Positions 11,665-20,946 of a stretch of 64,000 bases of DNA are shown piece by piece. How positions within the stretch are numbered: the stretch's first letter is position 1; every line of letters begins with the position of its first letter. The notes under the pieces are model-generated. The model saw only the letters and a program-made list of their open reading frames with translations. It did no database searches and was not told the origin of the DNA. The translations under genes and the position numbers were made by a program. The DNA lies in assembly GCA_963775685.1 (NCBI GenBank), contig CAVZJV010000014.1, forward strand, positions 1,792,001 through 1,856,000. Reading direction: 5' to 3'. This DNA is from Candidatus Bathyarchaeota archaeon (lineage in GTDB: Archaea; Thermoproteota; Bathyarchaeia; Bathyarchaeales; Bathycorpusculaceae).

Positions 11665-11676
11665 TTTACCGGTAAA
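11665..11676. promoter_or_regulatory. Perfect palindrome TTTACCGGTAAA (third copy; candidate recombinase/accessory-factor site)
   Basis: Identical 12-mers at 11528, 11665 and 18534, all next to tRNA-3'-end repeats. Confidence 0.55.
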
Positions 11677-11844
11677 AAACATCTAAATGCAATAGTAAAT
11701 GTTCCTAATAATTATCTGGGTATTTTCGGGCATAATTAGGAATTATGTTGGTCGCCATTGTGTTGATAGTTTTTTACTTAAGAAATACAAGCGAGTTAGT
11801 ATACTTCATAACAAGTCTTAAGTAGCTGAAAGTTGTTCGCTAAT

Positions 11845-11988
11845 TTACTTTTGTTTAGATGTATCTCGTCTACTTGCATTAGCACCCTTAGGGCTAAGAA
11901 TGAAACAGCCGAAACATTCTTTACAGTAACCTGTTTTGTTATGGTAGGAAATTTTTCGTTCGCATTTGCCTTTGCAGTATTTTGGCAC
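11845..11988 (-). CDS. Small Cys-rich (Zn-finger-like) protein, 47 aa, not in the ORF track
   Basis: GGAGG RBS then GTG: MPKYCKGKCERKISYHNKTGYCKECFGCFILSPKG...; start overlaps the TAG of the upstream remnant by 1 nt. Confidence 0.6.
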   Translation of the reverse strand: MPKYCKGKCERKISYHNKTGYCKECFGCFILSPKGANASRRDTSKQK

Positions 11989-12239
11989 TATAAACCTCCA
12001 GATTTCAGTTTAGGTATGTACTGTATAATTACGCTTAGGCGTCGTTTGCAGTTGCTCTTGGTGAGTTCTAAGTTTATTCTTGTGTCTTCATTTCCAGCTG
12101 TGCCATGCCCAACTCGCTTCACACGCCAGTTACCCAAGTTGCCTCGGACAAGCTGAGGATTCGAAGTAACAAGATAGAATGGCAGGTTGATTTGGGAAGT
12201 ATAGAGCTCAGCAACGAAGTTGAGTAGCCGTTTGCCTAG
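11988..12239 (-). pseudogene. 5'-truncated GNAT-like acetyltransferase fragment of mobile-element type
   Basis: 83-codon start-less frame LGKRLLNFVAELYTSQINLPFYLVTSNPQL..., resembling the tail of the GNAT QGxGxGKRLL motif A. Confidence 0.55.
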
Positions 12240-12329
12240 GATTCAAGAGTTCGAGAATACGAGATAGATTTTGACGATTCCCTCATTGAAGCATTTTCTT
12301 TGAAGGGAAAAAATGAGGTCACTAACTCA

Positions 12330-13316
12330 TCAATCTAGTGACGATTGTGGGTTAGTGTGCACTGATGTTGGTTGATAGCTAATGCCAATAGTTGCGAAAG
12401 AGCTGCCGGTGCCTGAGCCATAGTTTGGGCATTGATGTCCTCCAGTTGGTACTACGATCATTGTGTATAAACTGGAATGTCCTGCGGCTGTTAGGGCTGT
12501 TTGGTACTCGATTGTTTGAGAGAGTGGTACAACGAAGTCAGCGCCACCTACCAGACTAATGATTGGAACTTTGATGTTAGTGTTGTCGACTGGGGATAGG
12601 TTTGCGTATACCTTTGGGTTAGTGTCTGGCGTTCCGTGAGATTCTTGTTCGATATCCGCTGTGGCTATAGTACAGAAGTCCTTGAATCCTTGAACGACTG
12701 AGTCAGGAACTGTTGTAGGCCAACCTAGCAACGTTCTAATTTGGCTGAGGCTGCTGGCGGCTGTCACTGCACCTGCCTTGTATATTAGCGCTAAATCTTT
12801 GGGACCACAAATGTCTAAGACTCCGCTGAAGAGATGTGGGTACTTGTCTGCTAGGAGCAATGCAATTTCGCCGCCCATAGACCCTCCGAAAATGAAGATG
12901 TGACCTTTGACGTGGTAGTGCGCGACAACGAATTCAGTTAGCTGATGAGTTGCAGTCATGCCTTCTTTTACACAGTATCCTTGGGCTCCGTAGTCTGATG
13001 CTGCATAAGCGTATCCTTGGGCGATGAATGGTTCGGCAAGAGCATCAAATTGGAATTGAAGATTAGATTCACGAGTAAATGAGTATGCGTGACATCCAAT
13101 TATTAGCATACCATTCCAGTTATCGGGTAGTCGTATTACATAGTTTGCATTATTTAGGGTTCCAGTTATCTGAGTATAGTCTACGCCATAGGCAGTGCCG
13201 CGAGTAGTTGTTGTGGTTGATTTGCATGCCATTGCCGGGTTAATAGAAATAAGTGTAATAGTGACGATAAGCAAAATTGGAACGATCATTTTTGCAAGTT
13301 TGTTCGTTTCTTTCAC
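12330..13316 (-). CDS. Secreted alpha/beta hydrolase; probable C-terminal frameshift after the catalytic His
   Basis: Signal peptide; GGSMGG nucleophile elbow; GGADFVVP (Asp); GGH. The alternate frame after His gives an amphipathic helix NAQTMAQAPAALSQLLALA. Confidence 0.8.
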   Translation of the reverse strand: MKETNKLAKMIVPILLIVTITLISINPAMACKSTTTTTRGTAYGVDYTQITGTLNNANYVIRLPDNWNGMLIIGCHAYSFTRESNLQFQFDALAEPFIAQGYAYAASDYGAQGYCVKEGMTATHQLTEFVVAHYHVKGHIFIFGGSMGGEIALLLADKYPHLFSGVLDICGPKDLALIYKAGAVTAASSLSQIRTLLGWPTTVPDSVVQGFKDFCTIATADIEQESHGTPDTNPKVYANLSPVDNTNIKVPIISLVGGADFVVPLSQTIEYQTALTAAGHSSLYTMIVVPTGGHQCPNYGSGTGSSFATIGISYQPTSVHTNPQSSLD

Positions 13317-13499
13317 CTCCGTTTCTGATATCCTTTAAGTTCAAAAAAATAGATAACTTTTTTTTATATGGAATATGGCTTGAAAAATCTTGCAAATGGC
13401 ATCCAAGGTTTGATTCAAGGTTTTTTTTAAGTTTAGAATTATATTAGCAAGTAAAAAGCTAAAATAAACTAAAAGTTAGGCTTGATGGTTAATAAGGGG

Positions 13500-16400
13500 T
13501 TAAAGAAGCGTTATTGATTTTTTCTTGCTTCGGATTTGGTTATCAACGTGCTTCTTTATTGTGTCTTTTTCATAGCTTAACCTGAGGCGCATAATTTTTC
13601 CTCCTCGACCTCTTTCTCCTGTGAAGAACCTTACCTCGACCAGCCCTCGGCGTTCCAGTTCAACTATCGCTCGACCTCTATGGTTCTTAAAACCGTAGAG
13701 ACTTGATTGAGGTATCTTCTGGTTGGTACCGATTTCAACGAGTGATCTCCATCCCGCTTTCTCTGCTGCTAATCTGCGTTGCATATAATCTTTGATGAAC
13801 TCCTTAGTTAGGTAGTTGAACACTTTTTCCGCAACTTCGGAGGTAAATTGAAAGTACCCTTCTCTTGGTTCTTGATTAATGATTTTAGCAGTAGATTCCT
13901 CTTTTAAATTATAAAGATTAGATTCTTTAGGTTCCCCTTCTTTGTTGGAGGTCTGAACAGTAATGGTGATTGGCGTTTCGCACATTTTGGTGTTCCCTTG
14001 TTCGTCTTTGTACTTAACAATAGAAGTGATTGTATATTGTCCGGTTTTTTTGGCCTGCATCGCAAAGTCGACTGTGATTACGCTGAATGGTTGAAGCTCA
14101 GTTTCTTGCAGCAATAATGATGTTGCTTTATTTACTTTTGAGGTATGTGATTGTTTGAGCACTTCAATCTCTGAAGGCACAATACTACACATTTCTACTG
14201 AAAAAGCGCCCCTTGAGACATTGATTATGTCCAACCTGCCGAGGAATGTTTCACCCGTAATGACTTTTATGGGTGTTATAAAATATGCCTTGACATTTGG
14301 CTTGGCAAACTTTTGGTCCCATTCTGAATTTGTTTGTTTTATTTTTTCTCTAATTGTGTTTGCGCTACTTTTATCGCCGCTTTTTTCTAGCACCCATGCG
14401 TAATCGGATAGTAGGAGATTGAGCAATTGTGGATTCGAGAATTTCCTGTGAAATATGGTGATGTATTTTTCAAGTTGTTCTGAGGCTGGTTTGAATTTGC
14501 CTAGTCCAGCAAGCAAAACGGCTTGAGATAGGGCGTAGTAGAATATCAATATTGTCTCGCGGTTGGTTTCTGTTGGTGTGAATATTGTTTTTAGTTTGGC
14601 GTCATATTCCAATGCTGTGGCTGTTTTTCCCAGTTTTACGAATTGTTTTACCATATTCGAGTATACCATTGCGAGGAATACGGGTGAGTTGGCTTTGTTG
14701 GAGTATTCGATGGCTGTGAAGTTTTTTTCTGTCGCGCCTTTTAAATCACCTGTTGCGCTGAGTAGCAGGGATAAAAAGCAATTTGCCTTTGCCAGCATTA
14801 TATGATTGCCCATCCTTGTTTCTTGCTCGATTGTGGTGACTTTTTCGAGCATTTTTTGTGCTTCAGGGTAGAGTCCGCAATAGATGAATACTTTTCCAGC
14901 CTGATTGTAGGCTTCCATAATTGAGCGTAAATCGCCTAATCCATTGTATATTGCGAGTGAGCGCAAACAGTAGGCTATTGCTTTTTCCATCTCGCCTTGT
15001 CCTGAGGCGAAATCGGCGACTACGAACAATAGCCATGCTGTGTCGGAAAGGGCGTATTCTTCTTCAAAGATTCTTAGGGATTCTTCGCATAGTTTTATCG
15101 CTTCTGGGATTTGGCCATATAAGTTTGTCTCCACGACTCCTTTGTAGTGAAGGATTCGGGCTTTTTCAATTTGGTTTAGGTTTTCTTCGTTTTCTTCCTT
15201 CTTTATCAGGTTATCAATTTCGTGAGTGTCGCCTTGGAAAAAGGCGGCGCGCATGGCTTTGATTAAGGCTTGCTGGCGAATAGGTCGGTTGCTGATTTCA
15301 GCTAAGGTCTTGTATGTTTTTATTGCATCTTTGAAAGCATTATTTGCGTAGAAGGCCTCACCCAGTCCTTCTAAGACTTTCGTTCTTGTTTCTAAGTTCT
15401 CTGGCGTATCGTTGATTGTTTGGAGGGCCCAGGTAAAAAGCTGTATGGCTTCAGTGTTGCTGTATCTTGCTAAGGCATCTTTGCCTGCCAGGATGCTAAA
15501 TTCTATTGCTTTTGGGTTATTTCCGGCTTGAGTGTAATGGAAGGCTATGTTGATTTACGGAGAAACCCGAATCTTGTTTGTTTTCCATTTGTTGCCCGAT
15601 TCTTTGGTGATAGGCTATTTTAAGTGGCTTGGAGATTTCTTGGTAGAGAACTTCCCTTGACATAGCATGATCAAAAGTGAAGACGTTATCTTCTACTCGC
15701 AATAGAAACGTGGTATGGAACATTTTATTTAGGGTTTCAAGAACGATCAAGCTGTCAATTGAGAGGACAGAGGCAATTAGGTTGCCGTCAAATTTGTCGC
15801 CTATGACTGCAGCTACGTCAAGGATTCTTCTTTCTTCAGGTTTTAAGGGTTCTAGTCTTCGGAGGATTATTTCTCTAACTCTGTAAGGAATTCCAATCTT
15901 GTTTTTTAGCTGCCAGATTTTTCGTTTTCTGACGAGACCGCCGTTTTCTGATAGCATGCGAATGTACTCTACAACAAATAGGGGATTGCCCTGGCTTTCG
16001 TCTGATATTTCCTGTATTAAGGATGGATCAAGGGAGCCTCTGAGCATGCTTTTGGCAATCTTTCCTATGCTTGTTCTATTTAGATTCGCTAGTTTGATTT
16101 CTTTGAACAACGCTTCTCGACCCATTAGATGCAACGTACTGGCAAGTGGTCGGGAGCCTTCTCCGCTAGTTAATTCTTCGTTTCTGAATGTTCCTACTAT
16201 CATTATTCGCTCTGAGCCCAAGGCTCGGGACATATAGTGAAAAAGGGCTAAGGATGCGGTGTCTGCCCAATGTAGGTCTTCTAGGTATCAAAACCAACGG
16301 TTTTGATGCGGACAGGAAAAGTAGTTCTCTTGTGACTGTTAGGAAAGTTCGGTCTTTCCAAAGGAGCGTTGGTTCATAGGTTGGTTCGTCGTTTTGTTCT

Positions 16401-16750
16401 GGGGAACGTTCGGTTAGGTAAGAGGCCATTTTTGATACGGTATAAGAAAGGTTTCCGTTAGCTGCGTTTTCTTGATCGGGGGATAGGTAGGAGTTGAAAG
16501 CTTCTACGAATGGGAAATAGGGAACATTGCTGCTGCTTAGGCACCAGCCTAAAAGAATGCTGACATTTTTATCCTGGGCTATGTTGAGGAATTCATTGAC
16601 CAATCTTGTTTTGCCTCTTCCAGCCACGCCTGAAACCAGGACAGTCGATCCTTTTCCTTCAAGCATGGAATCTAAGTGCTTTTGTAAATCATCCAATTCG
16701 GTTTTTCTGCCAACAAAGATTGGCTCACCCAACACGAGGGGTTTTTGCAT
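13500..16750 (-). pseudogene. STAND-like AAA ATPase-TPR-Ig-like-wHTH regulator (~1080 aa), split by two frameshifts (~16285, ~15555)
   Basis: FVGRKTEL, Walker A GVAGRGKT, Walker B restored as LVLILEDLHWAD, GNPLF, TPR helices and C-terminal ELERRGLVEVRFFTGERGRGG. The frame 15254-15550 is open (IAFHYTQAG...). Confidence 0.85.
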
Positions 16751-16889
16751 TGGTTCCCGCTCTAAGGGATTTCTTATCTCGTTGATCCTTAATTGTTTTT
16801 TTGGTTTGTGACAATGGACTGCCATAAGTTAGTATTAGGAAAATCTTAAAAACAATCTTGATTCATACTTCTTGAATTGTGAAGTAGTT

Positions 16890-18122
16890 TTGCAAAAACC
16901 TATTGCGAAGGATTCTGGAAAGCTCTTTGTTCCTGCGCTTATTATTTCGTTTTTTGCAGTAACCCTTTCTGTTCCCATGCTTTCGTTATTGACTGTTGAT
17001 ATATCTCAGACCTTTTTTGGAAATACTGGGGCCATTGCAGTAGGTCAGGTTGCTCAGGTGAGCACTATCAATAGGTTGTTTGAAGTGTTATTCGCGTTAG
17101 CTATGGGTGCCCTTACTATTCGTTTTAAAAGTAAACCCCTCTTGCTTATGGGCGTAATATTTCTGTTCGTATCTGCAATCGGTAGTTTTTTTGCGCCCGA
17201 CATTTTTTGGCTACAGTTTTTCTATGCAATAGAGGGAGGGGGAAGTGTCATTGTTGCAATAATGGCGTTTACATTGATTGGAGACTGGTTATCCTCAAAG
17301 GAAAAACCAAAAGCTGTTAGCTACCTCAATGCGACGGGTTTTGCAGCAATCCTGATTGCGTCTCCGGCAATAAGTGTGATTACTAACATCGGTGGATGGA
17401 GACTAAATTACGTCTGGTTGGTCTTGCCACTTTCCTTAGCTGGCTTAGCGCTCGCATACATAGGGATTCCTTCGAGGCAAGTTGCTTTAGTAGGACCAAA
17501 ACCTAAGCAGTCTTATTATGAAGGTTACAAAGAGGTCCTTAGGAATAAATCAGCGGGCTCTTGTTTAATTGCGGGTTTGTGCGGTACCGCAGGTAATCTT
17601 TCAGTTTTTAGTATAGCATATTATAGGCAACAATTCTTAAGTAATAGCTCTGTTATAGATCAGGTTAATTTTAGTACCGTTATTCTAATGGTTGCAGCGT
17701 CATTATTCATTGTTGCAACGATAGTTATGGGGCGTCTCCTGAGCAAAATACGCGCTGTTACCGCAACGGTGATTGGTATTGTTGGAAATGGGGTATTTAC
17801 GGCGTTGTTCTTCTCAATGCAGGATTTATCCTTAGCAATTATAATGCATATGCTCCAGATTTGGTTTTTTGCCATGGCGGTGACCCCTTGGAGCCTTTTA
17901 GCGCTCGATCAAGTTCCAGCTTTTAGAGGGACCATGATGTCGCTAAGATCTATTGTTCTAAGTATAGGTTCGGCTATTGCTACTGGTGTAGGCGGTTTAG
18001 CACTTATTTTTCTAAACTCATATGAAATCCTCGGGATTATCTTAGGCGTAATAATTCTTCTGGGTAGTCCACTCATTTACTTTTTCACTAAGGACCCAAC
18101 TAAATCAATAACCAATAGATAG
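16890..18122 (+). CDS. MFS transporter
   Basis: About 12 TM segments, GGWR motif, FRGTMMSL; likely TTG start at 16890. Confidence 0.9.
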   Translation: MQKPIAKDSGKLFVPALIISFFAVTLSVPMLSLLTVDISQTFFGNTGAIAVGQVAQVSTINRLFEVLFALAMGALTIRFKSKPLLLMGVIFLFVSAIGSFFAPDIFWLQFFYAIEGGGSVIVAIMAFTLIGDWLSSKEKPKAVSYLNATGFAAILIASPAISVITNIGGWRLNYVWLVLPLSLAGLALAYIGIPSRQVALVGPKPKQSYYEGYKEVLRNKSAGSCLIAGLCGTAGNLSVFSIAYYRQQFLSNSSVIDQVNFSTVILMVAASLFIVATIVMGRLLSKIRAVTATVIGIVGNGVFTALFFSMQDLSLAIIMHMLQIWFFAMAVTPWSLLALDQVPAFRGTMMSLRSIVLSIGSAIATGVGGLALIFLNSYEILGIILGVIILLGSPLIYFFTKDPTKSITNR

Positions 18123-18383
18123 CGGTAAATTACTCCAGTAATTATTACTAATATTAGCCTAAAATTGACAAAAAAAGTCAAATGGAAATTGAAGTGCTGG
18201 ACAACCTTGAACTCCTCGGTTCATTTCGCTAAGAACACTGACCTCACATGTTGCTCTAAGTCTATTGCACAATTAATTCACTTGGAATTTAAACACTAGA
18301 CCTTAGGCGGTAAGCCTTAATTTCATATAGTAAATTGAGCTTAATTATTAAAAATAGGTTAAGAAATAGGCTGAATTTGGAAA

Positions 18384-18658
18384 TGGCGCGGGATGTGGGA
18401 CTTGAACCCACGCGAGAACTGAGATGAAGGAGTATGAAGAGATTTCTTGGTTCATCCAAATTGCTTTTTACGATAAAAAAAATGCACTTTATATCAGATT
18501 TCTTCATGGACGAAAGAGCGTGGACAAGTGATTTTTACCGGTAAATTCATTTGAGATTTTTTTCCCAGCAAACGCCTATGCATAAATCGCCACAATTTAG
18601 GTTTATTTTATGGAATTAGTCTCTAAAAGAGTCTGAATTTTTGGTGCGGAGGGTGGGA
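18384..18658 (-). repeat. Att-like module copy B adjoining the intact tRNA
   Basis: TGGCGCGGGATGTGGGACTTGAACCCACG (18384-18412), TTTACCGGTAAA (18534-18545), then the tRNA 3' end. Confidence 0.85.
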
Positions 18659-18729
18659 TTTGAACCCACGAACCCCTGCGGGATAGGAGCCTCAGTCCTA
18701 CGCCTTTGGCCATGCTGGGCGACCTCCGC
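18642..18729 (-). tRNA. tRNA-Leu(GAG), CCA encoded, long variable arm, no intron
   Basis: GCGGAGG acceptor pairs with CCTCCGC-A-CCA; anticodon arm TAGGA-CTGAGGC-TCCTA; T arm GTGGGTTCAAATCCCAC; 88 nt. Confidence 0.97.
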
Positions 18730-18888
18730 TTGTGTTGCGGAAATATAAGCAGGGCTCATTTAAAGGCTTTACTTTTGTGTTTAAGCGGAACTGTTTTAGG
18801 GATATTATGTTATAGTGTTTTGTGTGGTTGGGCAAGGTTTATACCACGCCAACTTATAGCGCTGTTATATATAGAATAGGTGTTAGAA

Positions 18889-19818
18889 ATGAAAATCAAT
18901 AAAAACATCCTTGAAACAATCGGAAAAACACCCCTAGTCCAAATAAACAAACTAACTAAAGGCGCCAACGCCACCGTAGTTGCCAAACTCGAAGCTCGAA
19001 ACCCAGGCGGAAGCGTCAAAGACCGCATCTGCCTAAGCATGGTAGAAGAAGCAGAAAAACAATTCTTAAAGCCCGGCGCAACCCTTATCGAGCCCACAAG
19101 CGGCAACACAGGCATAGGCTTAGCAATGGTTGCGGCATTTAAAGGCTACAAACTCATTTTAACCATGCCTGAAACCATGAGCGTCGAACGCCGCAACCTG
19201 CTAAAAGCATACGGGGCACAACTCGTGTTGACCCCTGGACCTGAAGGCATGGGTGGAGCAATCAAAAAAGCTGAAGAGCTCCTCGCAGCTACACCCAACA
19301 GCTTTATGCCCCAACAATTCAAAAACCTTGCAAACCCCAAAGTACACAAAGAAACTACTGGTCCAGAAATCTGGGAAGATACAGACGGCAAAGTTGACAT
19401 CTTAGTCGCAGGTGTAGGCACTGGCGGAACCATAACAGGCATCGCCCAGTTCATTAAACCTCAAAAGCCAGAATTCCAAACAGTAGCCGTTGAACCCGCA
19501 ACCTCGCCGGTACTGAGCGGTGGCCAGAAAGGTCCCCACAAGATTCAGGGTATCGGAGCAGGCTTCAAACCAGACGTTTTAAAGATGGAGTTGGTTGATG
19601 AGGTTTTCAAGGTAACAGATGACCAAGCGCTGCAGACGGCAAGGCAACTTGCCCAAAAAGAAGGCTTGTTAGTAGGCATATCCTCAGGAGCCGCAGCTTA
19701 TGCCGCTATAGAAATCGCGAAACGCAAAGAGAACAAAGGCAAACTTTTAGTAGTTATCCTTCCAGACACGGGAGAACGCTACCTGAGTACGGTTCTGTTC
19801 CAGGAACCAACAGCATAA
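18889..19818 (+). CDS. cysK: Cysteine synthase A (O-acetylserine sulfhydrylase)
   Basis: NPGGSVKDR (PLP Lys), [34 protein letters not shown]. Confidence 0.97.
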   Translation: MKINKNILETIGKTPLVQINKLTKGANATVVAKLEARNPGGSVKDRICLSMVEEAEKQFLKPGATLIEPTSGNTGIGLAMVAAFKGYKLILTMPETMSVERRNLLKAYGAQLVLTPGPEGMGGAIKKAEELLAATPNSFMPQQFKNLANPKVHKETTGPEIWEDTDGKVDILVAGVGTGGTITGIAQFIKPQKPEFQTVAVEPATSPVLSGGQKGPHKIQGIGAGFKPDVLKMELVDEVFKVTDDQALQTARQLAQKEGLLVGISSGAAAYAAIEIAKRKENKGKLLVVILPDTGERYLSTVLFQEPTA

Positions 19819-19887
19819 CGTATAATCTGCACTCAAAAGAGCTTTTCTTATATTCCCCCATTCAACATAATGAGTTAAGGGAAAAAC

Positions 19888-20946
19888 ATGTCTACAAACC
19901 CAAACCAACCTAAAGACTGCAAAGAATGTAAAGAAAAGAACCGGGAACTCGATTGCTGGAACCCTGACCGCATGCTCGAAACTCTGTTACGTAACAGTGA
20001 TAATGTGGAGCAGGATTGGGTTGAAAAGGGTTTACCCAAACTTGTAGACGACCTAATGGGTAGCTACAAGCGGTTTGGCGGCATGGATCACCTTGAAGGA
20101 CGCGATCTGCCATCCAAAAAAGTCGTCATTGAAGTCTTGGAAGACTTATTCACAATTCTCTTCCCGGGCTATTTGGGCGACTCTGAAATTACCAAAGCTA
20201 ACGTCAAATATCATCTTGGAACGAAACTAACTTCAGTTAATACACGACTCACCGATGAGGTTGAAAAAAGCCTCAAGTACATCTGCCGTAAAATCAGCGA
20301 GTGCCCCCAGGACGTATGCCTAAAACGAGCGCATGTTGTGGTCAAGGAGTTGCTGGAGAAACTACCAGAAATCCGCTCGATGTTAAGCGGCGACATCCAA
20401 GCAGCCTACAGCGGCGACCCAGCAGCAGTCAGCACCGAAGAAGTAATACTCAGCTACCCCTGCGTTCTGGCAATAGCAACCTACAGAATGGCTCACGAAC
20501 TCTACCTAAGCGGAGTACCTCTGATCCCACGCATAATGAGTGAGCACATGCACTCCCTTACAGGCATCGACATCCACCCTGGAGCGAAAATCGGCAAAAA
20601 CTTCTTCATCGATCACGGAACTGGCGTTGTCATTGGCGAAACCGCGGAAATTGGCGACAACGTCAAACTATACCAAGGTGTAACATTAGGCGCACTTAGT
20701 TTTCCAAAGGACGAGAAAGGAAACATCATCAAAGGCAGAAAACGCCATCCAACCATTGGGAACAACGTAGTCATCTACTCAGGCGCAACATTGCTTGGAG
20801 CAGAAACAGTAATCGGTGACAATGTCGTCATAGGTGGAAACGTCTGGATAACTAGCCCCGTAGCTTCGGGAACAAAAATCACCATAGCAACACCAGAGCA
20901 AAAGTACAAGATGGAAAACCACCACACCGAAAAACCCAAGACCTAA
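19888..20946 (+). CDS. cysE: Serine O-acetyltransferase (long EpsC-like form)
   Basis: [34 protein letters not shown]. Confidence 0.95.
   Translation: MSTNPNQPKDCKECKEKNRELDCWNPDRMLETLLRNSDNVEQDWVEKGLPKLVDDLMGSYKRFGGMDHLEGRDLPSKKVVIEVLEDLFTILFPGYLGDSEITKANVKYHLGTKLTSVNTRLTDEVEKSLKYICRKISECPQDVCLKRAHVVVKELLEKLPEIRSMLSGDIQAAYSGDPAAVSTEEVILSYPCVLAIATYRMAHELYLSGVPLIPRIMSEHMHSLTGIDIHPGAKIGKNFFIDHGTGVVIGETAEIGDNVKLYQGVTLGALSFPKDEKGNIIKGRKRHPTIGNNVVIYSGATLLGAETVIGDNVVIGGNVWITSPVASGTKITIATPEQKYKMENHHTEKPKT

Larger units (their letters stand above)
11627..18658. mobile_element. ~7 kb integrated element/island bounded by direct repeats of the tRNA-Leu 3' end; no integrase visible
   Basis: 26-bp direct repeat (11627-11652 vs 18633-18658), virus-like remnant at one end, accessory cargo. 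Confidence 0.75.

Noticed and set aside
11833-12156. 107-aa + strand ORF in the track
   Set aside because: Antisense shadow of two better-supported minus-strand frames (RBS, coupling, motifs).
16740-16900. Divergent regulator and MFS genes both begin MQKP (inverted TGCAAAAACC)
   Set aside because: Only ~10-11 bp; compatible with chance, and no evidence of an invertible segment.
18423-18531. Short ORFs inside the att modules as split-integrase (SSV-type intN) remnants
   Set aside because: The peptides from modules A and B are unrelated to each other and show no integrase motifs.
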